From Planctomycetota bacterium (GTDB lineage: Bacteria > Planctomycetota > Phycisphaerae > WQYP01): 64,000 nt of DNA. The first letter of the stretch is position 1; each line of letters begins with the position of its first letter. A program made the translations under genes and the position numbers. Under the pieces are notes generated by a model. The model was given only the letters and a program-made list of their open reading frames with translations, had not been told where the DNA came from and made no database searches. Location: assembly GCA_021800165.1 (NCBI GenBank), contig JAJYZF010000016.1, positions 1,223-65,222 on the forward strand, read 5' to 3'. This document shows, one piece after another, positions 59,385-64,000 of this stretch.

Positions 59385-59583
59385 GTCGCACCCTCAACCA
59401 GAGTACACCACACGAAGCCCAACCATTGCAACCCAATTCTCCCCCCCCAAAAAAACTCTCAGCCTCAGTTCGCACCACTGCGCCCTGGCCGCCCAACATC
59501 CACCCCAATACAATATACCAACCCAGCCCCGCCTGCCAAGCCCCTCCGCGGAAAATCAGGGCGGCGCGAAGCTACATATTGGC

Positions 59584-60426
59584 CTACGCCGTTCGCCGCC
59601 GCTTCACCAGCAGCATCCCCAAACCGCCCGCCGCCAGCAACCCCAGCGCCCCCGGTTCGGGAACAGCATCGAAGGCGATCCCGCCCGTGACGGCTTGGTA
59701 GTTGGTTGAGGCCACGGTATCAGCCAGCGTGAACACATCGCCCGCTGCCGCTCCGACGATGTCGAAATGGTAGAACGCATATTGTGTGTTGTACACCCGA
59801 TTGTCCAATGTGGATGCCAGCATCGTAACCGATCCGGGGCTGTAAACGCCCGTGGCCACGTCGCCGCTAAGCAAATCCACCGCCCCGCCATTGTTGGAAA
59901 TAGTTCCCCCAATGTCGTCCAGGACGCTGAACTCAAAATTGCTCGGAGCGCCCGCACCAAGCGTAATCGTCAGCAGTGTGGCAACATTTCCGGGGACGTT
60001 ACTTATATTATTGGTAGTTGTGCCAGAATTGTTATATGTGCCAACATGGTACTCAGTACCATTAATGGTCATGTTCGGATAATTAACCCCCTGGTAGCCG
60101 TAGTTTCCCTCCAAGGCCACCGTGGCCCATGAGACGGGGTTGCTAAACGTGTTGGTGAATGTGCTGTTGGAACTGCTTGGGGTATAGGTACCGTTACCCG
60201 ACCCGGTGGCGGTTGGAACAGTGCCGTAAAAGATGTAACCAAGATCGCCGGGCGGCGGCACCGTAGCGGACTGAGTGGTGAAGGAAGTAACGCCCGCCGA
60301 GGTCGCCGTCATAGTGGCCCGCGCCACGTGCGGCGTTGCCGCCAGCACCGCCGCCAGCGCCGCAGTCCCAATCCCCAGCAACAAAAAGTTGGCTTTGACC
60401 CTCTCGGCCCCGTTGTTGGTAAGCAT
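59584..60426 (-). CDS. PEP-CTERM protein (Thr/Gly-rich)
   Basis: N-terminus MLTNNGAERVKANFLLLGIGTAALAAVLAATPHVARA. C-terminus VPEPGALGLLAAGGLGMLLVKRRRTA. The upstream leader is conserved, but the -35 region is replaced by the 3' end of the upstream gene's module, so it is probably co-transcribed. Confidence 0.8.
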   Translation of the reverse strand: MLTNNGAERVKANFLLLGIGTAALAAVLAATPHVARATMTATSAGVTSFTTQSATVPPPGDLGYIFYGTVPTATGSGNGTYTPSSSNSTFTNTFSNPVSWATVALEGNYGYQGVNYPNMTINGTEYHVGTYNNSGTTTNNISNVPGNVATLLTITLGAGAPSNFEFSVLDDIGGTISNNGGAVDLLSGDVATGVYSPGSVTMLASTLDNRVYNTQYAFYHFDIVGAAAGDVFTLADTVASTNYQAVTGGIAFDAVPEPGALGLLAAGGLGMLLVKRRRTA

Positions 60427-60564
60427 AACACTCTCCTTATAAAAAATGCGATTACCATCTCACCACGATTCGTTTACCACGCTACATCGCCCGGCAAACC
60501 GCCTCGCCCGAAACGCCATTAAACCGTACATTACTATAACAGCGGCGCGAAGCTACATATTGGC

Positions 60565-61632
60565 CTACACCGTTCGCCGCCGCTTCACCAGCAGCATCCC
60601 CAAACCGCCCGCCGCCAGCAACCCCAGCGCCCCCGGTTCGGGAACAAAGCTAAAATTGCTGATACTTTCGTAGGATTCGGCCCCGCTGTTACCGCCCGTC
60701 AATCCCACGTAGCCGGTAGTTGACCCCAGCAGGCTCGTGACGCTTTCCGGCAGGGTATAGGTGTAGCTGAAGCTACCGGTCCCGTTCTGGTTAAACCCGC
60801 CAGTAGCCTGTGTCGCACTGAAAGTCAGGCCGTCGGCCCCATTATACGAAACGGTAACATTGATTGGAGTCTGGTAGACATCGAAATTAACGCTTCCGGT
60901 ATTGTTATAGTTGCCGCTGCCGGCACCTGAGCCTGCATTCGGATAGGTGACCGCCTGCTTGATGCTGCCGCTGGCGTTGCTGTAAGCTACCGTTAGCCCG
61001 TATTGTGCGGTGGTGGTATTGATGCCAATACCCACACTGCTGGTAGGCGCAATGCCGCTGTTACCAATGTAGCCGCGAGGGCCTCCATCCCAGCCGCCGT
61101 TGGTGGTGGTCAACAAGCCCGTCCCCGCACTGTTGTCCTGCACCACCAGGAAGAAGCCCAATCCTGGATTTTGATCCTTCCCCGTGCCTAAAACGGTGGT
61201 CGGCGGGGAGTTGGCGGATGGCATCTCCCACACAAAGCTCGCCGTCCATGCCCCGCCCACGCCCTGCTTGGCATCAAACCATACCGAGGAATTCTCTCCT
61301 TCCGTCGTGCGGTAGCTCAGATCGCTAACCTCGCCGCCACTGTTGACAATGGTCGGCGGCACCCAGGAGTTAAACGCGTTGGTGGTGCTTTGTTCATAAT
61401 TGGTGGTAACGGTGCCATTATCGTAGGAGAAAACGTTGTTGGTGGTAGAGTTCGGGTATTCGTAACTTGCAGCAGTACCGAAGTCTGTGGAGGTGGTGTC
61501 CGTACCGAAGCCGGAAAGATTGGCCCGCGCCCCGTGCGGCGTTGCCGCCAGCACCGCAGCCAGCGCCGCAGTCCCAATCCCCAGCAACACAAAATTAGCT
61601 TTGGCCCTCTCGGTCCCGTTGTTGGCAAGCAT
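60565..61632 (-). CDS. L-type-lectin-like domain protein with PEP-CTERM sorting signal
   Basis: N-terminus MLANNGTERAKANFVLLGIGTAALAAVLAATPHGARA. Lectin-like blocks: NLSGFG, VFSYDNGTVTTNY, WFDAKQGVGGAWTASFVW, GLGFFLVVQDN, SVGIGI, GSVNFDVYQTPINVTVSYNG, YVGLTGG. C-terminus VPEPGALGLLAAGGLGMLLVKRRRTV. Confidence 0.8.
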   Translation of the reverse strand: MLANNGTERAKANFVLLGIGTAALAAVLAATPHGARANLSGFGTDTTSTDFGTAASYEYPNSTTNNVFSYDNGTVTTNYEQSTTNAFNSWVPPTIVNSGGEVSDLSYRTTEGENSSVWFDAKQGVGGAWTASFVWEMPSANSPPTTVLGTGKDQNPGLGFFLVVQDNSAGTGLLTTTNGGWDGGPRGYIGNSGIAPTSSVGIGINTTTAQYGLTVAYSNASGSIKQAVTYPNAGSGAGSGNYNNTGSVNFDVYQTPINVTVSYNGADGLTFSATQATGGFNQNGTGSFSYTYTLPESVTSLLGSTTGYVGLTGGNSGAESYESISNFSFVPEPGALGLLAAGGLGMLLVKRRRTV

Positions 61633-61738
61633 AACACTCTCCTTATTAAAAATGCGATTACTATCCCACCGCGATTCGTTTACTGCGCTACATCGCCCGG
61701 CAAACCGCCCCGCCCGAAATCATGTTCAACTGTGCGCC

Positions 61739-61767
61739 ATAATAGCACACGCCCAAGCTCGTGTCAA
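61739..61767 (-). promoter_or_regulatory. Sigma70-type promoter (TTGACA, 17-bp spacer, TATTAT) plus conserved leader for PEP-CTERM gene 60565..61632
   Basis: Minus-strand sense cTTGACAcgagcttgggcgtgtgcTATTATggcg. Confidence 0.6.
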
Positions 61768-62001
61768 GGCCCCTCGGAAAAATCACCATACACCTGCACC
61801 ACCACCCCAAAAAGCCATTTCAAACCGATCCCCCTAAAAAAATTTTGGCCCTAATCCGCACCACCGAGTCATGGCTCAAACGAAAGCCGCGACGGCTCCA
61901 TACCAACCGCTTGCTCCAGCCCGGTCCCGAAGACCTTCGGCACCCGCCCGCAACGTCGGTCCACCGCAGCGCCGCTCCAGTCTCCCGCCGCCGTAGCCAT
62001 C

Positions 62002-63741
62002 CTACTCTCTACCTTCCCCTTTCTCGCGCCGCGTCGCTGGCGTCAAAAGCATCAGCCCGGCCCCAAGCACCAGAAGCATCCCGGCGGATGGTTCCGGCAC
62101 AGGAACCCAGTTATATGCTAATGCGTAGGTATCATTCGCGGAAGCCTCGGACGTGCTCCCCACTTTTAACACCTGCAAATCATAGAGGCCGGCGCTCAAA
62201 CCGCCCAGATAAAGTTGCTGCACATTATCAATGGAGCTATCACTTAGCCCAACAATGGTACCCGCCGCGTTAACCAAAGCCAAATCCAGATTGTTAATCC
62301 CCGTCGCACCGGTATTGAGATTCCAGACCAGCGTGGCAGTAAGCGTGTAGGTTGTTTTTGACGATCCGCCCAGATCAAAAATGTAGTGGTCCACCCCATC
62401 CGTGGTCGCACTACTGGCAATGGATGCCTTATTCCATCCTTCCAGCGTACTTTCCGGCGTGGTGTAACTGCCGTCAAAGCTAAAAGTAGGTCCTGAGAAA
62501 GGTGCCTGTGCCTGGCTGGTTTCAGCGCTGTAGCCGTGTTCCCCAGCCACCAGATTCTCGTAGGAATTATACGCATTTACCACGCCCGATCCATATCGCG
62601 GGTCCAGCGGCGTTTGCGTGGTTGCGGTCGGGGCCAGATACGTTTCGGTATTCACACCTCCGCTGACCGTAACCGTATAGTTATTGGTCCACCCCTGCGG
62701 CTTGGATGCCCCATTAAGCAGCAGCGCTTTAATGGTACGAATATCTGTGGCGTCAGGTTGCGTGCCCGTCCCACCAAAGCCATCCATACCCGCCTGAGCT
62801 ATCAGCGCCGCCACGCCCGAAACCATCGGCGTGGTAAAGCTGGTGTACGGGCCTGGGCCAGGCGCGGTGATATCCGGCTTACTTCGTCCATCCGTGGTCG
62901 GACCAACCCATGCCGCTGAGGCTCCGCTGGTCGGACTAAACACGCCGTTGGTTTCCGTACCCGAATAGGCCGCCACCGCCAGACCGTTGTACATGGTAGA
63001 GGGCGCGTTAATGTAGCTGGAACCCGTGGTCGTTCCGTCACCAATGGAGCTAACGTAGAGCGTGTTATAAGTGGAGGCGTTACTATCGAAATAGGACGTG
63101 CTTACGCCAGGGTCAATATAGCTCTGATTCACAATTAACGGTGATACCGCCGCCGGCGTGCCCGCAGGCGTACTGGCGGCTTGACTGGAAAAAATATAAT
63201 AGTTGATGTACCCATCCGCTTCCAAGTTATAAATCTGCGATACCCCAGGCGCCACTCCGGAATGAGAACCATCGCTATAAGACCCATTCCCGTAGAACAC
63301 CGTCGCCACAAGGTTGGCATGGCTGGAATAATCAGCGCTGTCATAGCTGGAACTAACCGTTCCGCTTTCATCCATAAACGTAAATTTAGAAGGTGATTGA
63401 TTCACCGAGGAGGACGTTGGATTCACCTCATACTCGCCCGGGCCAACCATAGCCTCTATCGTCGCCACCGACACGCCGCTGCCATTGATGTTTGGCGCAA
63501 CTTGCTCCAACTGCGGCAGCCCGATCTGGTCATAAAACAGGGCATTGGGATTGGAATTACCCCACACCGTGGAGCCGCCGTAAGTCACAGCCGCCGCTAT
63601 CAATAGCGCCGCCCCACCGTGCCGCCACCCCCCACCCGTGCGGCAACGCCGCGATACAACCGTCGGCCAAAGGCTCTGTCGGCCGCTCATCGCGAAATTA
63701 AATTTCTGCCCCGCTAAAGAAAATTTCAAACCCTGTAACAT
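62002..63741 (-). CDS. Subtilase-like (S8 family) serine peptidase with PEP-CTERM sorting signal
   Basis: Ser-region DITAPGPGPYTSFTTPMVSGVAALIAQ. C-terminus VPVPEPSAGMLLVLGAGLMLLTPATRREKGEGRE. The start is placed at the ATG at 63741 (AGGAGG RBS, then signal MLQGLKFSLAGQ...RRCRTGGGWRHGGAALLIAAAV). Confidence 0.7.
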   Translation of the reverse strand: MLQGLKFSLAGQKFNFAMSGRQSLWPTVVSRRCRTGGGWRHGGAALLIAAAVTYGGSTVWGNSNPNALFYDQIGLPQLEQVAPNINGSGVSVATIEAMVGPGEYEVNPTSSSVNQSPSKFTFMDESGTVSSSYDSADYSSHANLVATVFYGNGSYSDGSHSGVAPGVSQIYNLEADGYINYYIFSSQAASTPAGTPAAVSPLIVNQSYIDPGVSTSYFDSNASTYNTLYVSSIGDGTTTGSSYINAPSTMYNGLAVAAYSGTETNGVFSPTSGASAAWVGPTTDGRSKPDITAPGPGPYTSFTTPMVSGVAALIAQAGMDGFGGTGTQPDATDIRTIKALLLNGASKPQGWTNNYTVTVSGGVNTETYLAPTATTQTPLDPRYGSGVVNAYNSYENLVAGEHGYSAETSQAQAPFSGPTFSFDGSYTTPESTLEGWNKASIASSATTDGVDHYIFDLGGSSKTTYTLTATLVWNLNTGATGINNLDLALVNAAGTIVGLSDSSIDNVQQLYLGGLSAGLYDLQVLKVGSTSEASANDTYALAYNWVPVPEPSAGMLLVLGAGLMLLTPATRREKGEGRE

Positions 63742-64000
63742 CGTAATCCTCCTGTGCCGCCTTGCCGACCCAACACTTACATTACCACAATATACCATAA
63801 AAATTCCGCCCGTCAAGCCCCCCAACCAAAAAACTCGGCAGGCGCTGCCCAACCAAGCCGCGTGATTTCCAGATGAGCCGCGGCACTGCGTCCCCAATCC
63901 CGACCAGTGAAAAAAAATGGCAGGCCCGACACCGGCCTCGGCAACCGTTTACGGGGTAAAAACCATACAAATAAGCAGATGTTGCAGGCCATCGGAGCAA

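Overview
High-GC window from a Planctomycetota-like genome; the phylum is inferred from LEPR-XLL N-termini, DUF1559 prepilin-like proteins and many PEP-CTERM tails. Coordinates below are window-relative.

Core content:
- 5' end: the N-terminal two-thirds of rpoN (minus strand), a large LptD/OstA-like outer-membrane protein, and a Tat-lipoprotein galactose mutarotase with an intrinsic terminator.
- 6.3-11.8 kb: an ABC-transporter-dependent glycan export module (wzm, wzt with a C-terminal extension, and a 1058-aa sulfotransferase / coiled-coil / GT2 / GT4 fusion).
- 12-18 kb: a LEPR-XLL protein with six ~95-aa tandem repeat domains, next to a LEPR-XLL S8/S53 protease gene that is inactivated twice, by an IS4-superfamily insertion (4-bp duplication CTAA) and by a G8 homopolymer frameshift.
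- 18-36 kb: housekeeping genes, including the tRNA-His / tRNA-Thr / tuf / rpmG / tRNA-Trp / secE / nusG / rplK cluster. rpmG (52 aa) is missed by the ORF track, and rplA does not follow rplK.
- 38.5-64 kb: an accessory island, entirely on the minus strand, containing:
  - five tandem paralogs of an uncharacterised family (four with Tat signals, one without) bearing YEP...(T/P/Q)E motifs that suggest a GH-A-like TIM-barrel hydrolase, split by an IS256-family element (8-bp duplication);
  - L-type-lectin-like proteins;
  - a trypsin-like peptidase and a subtilase that carry PEP-CTERM tails;
  - two DUF1559 prepilin-like proteins;
  - a 1044-aa secreted protein;
  - four PEP-CTERM genes that share a near-identical 5' module (a sigma70 promoter TTGACA-17-TATAGT, a ~100-nt leader and the signal peptide [11 protein letters not shown]) and a shared 3' module.
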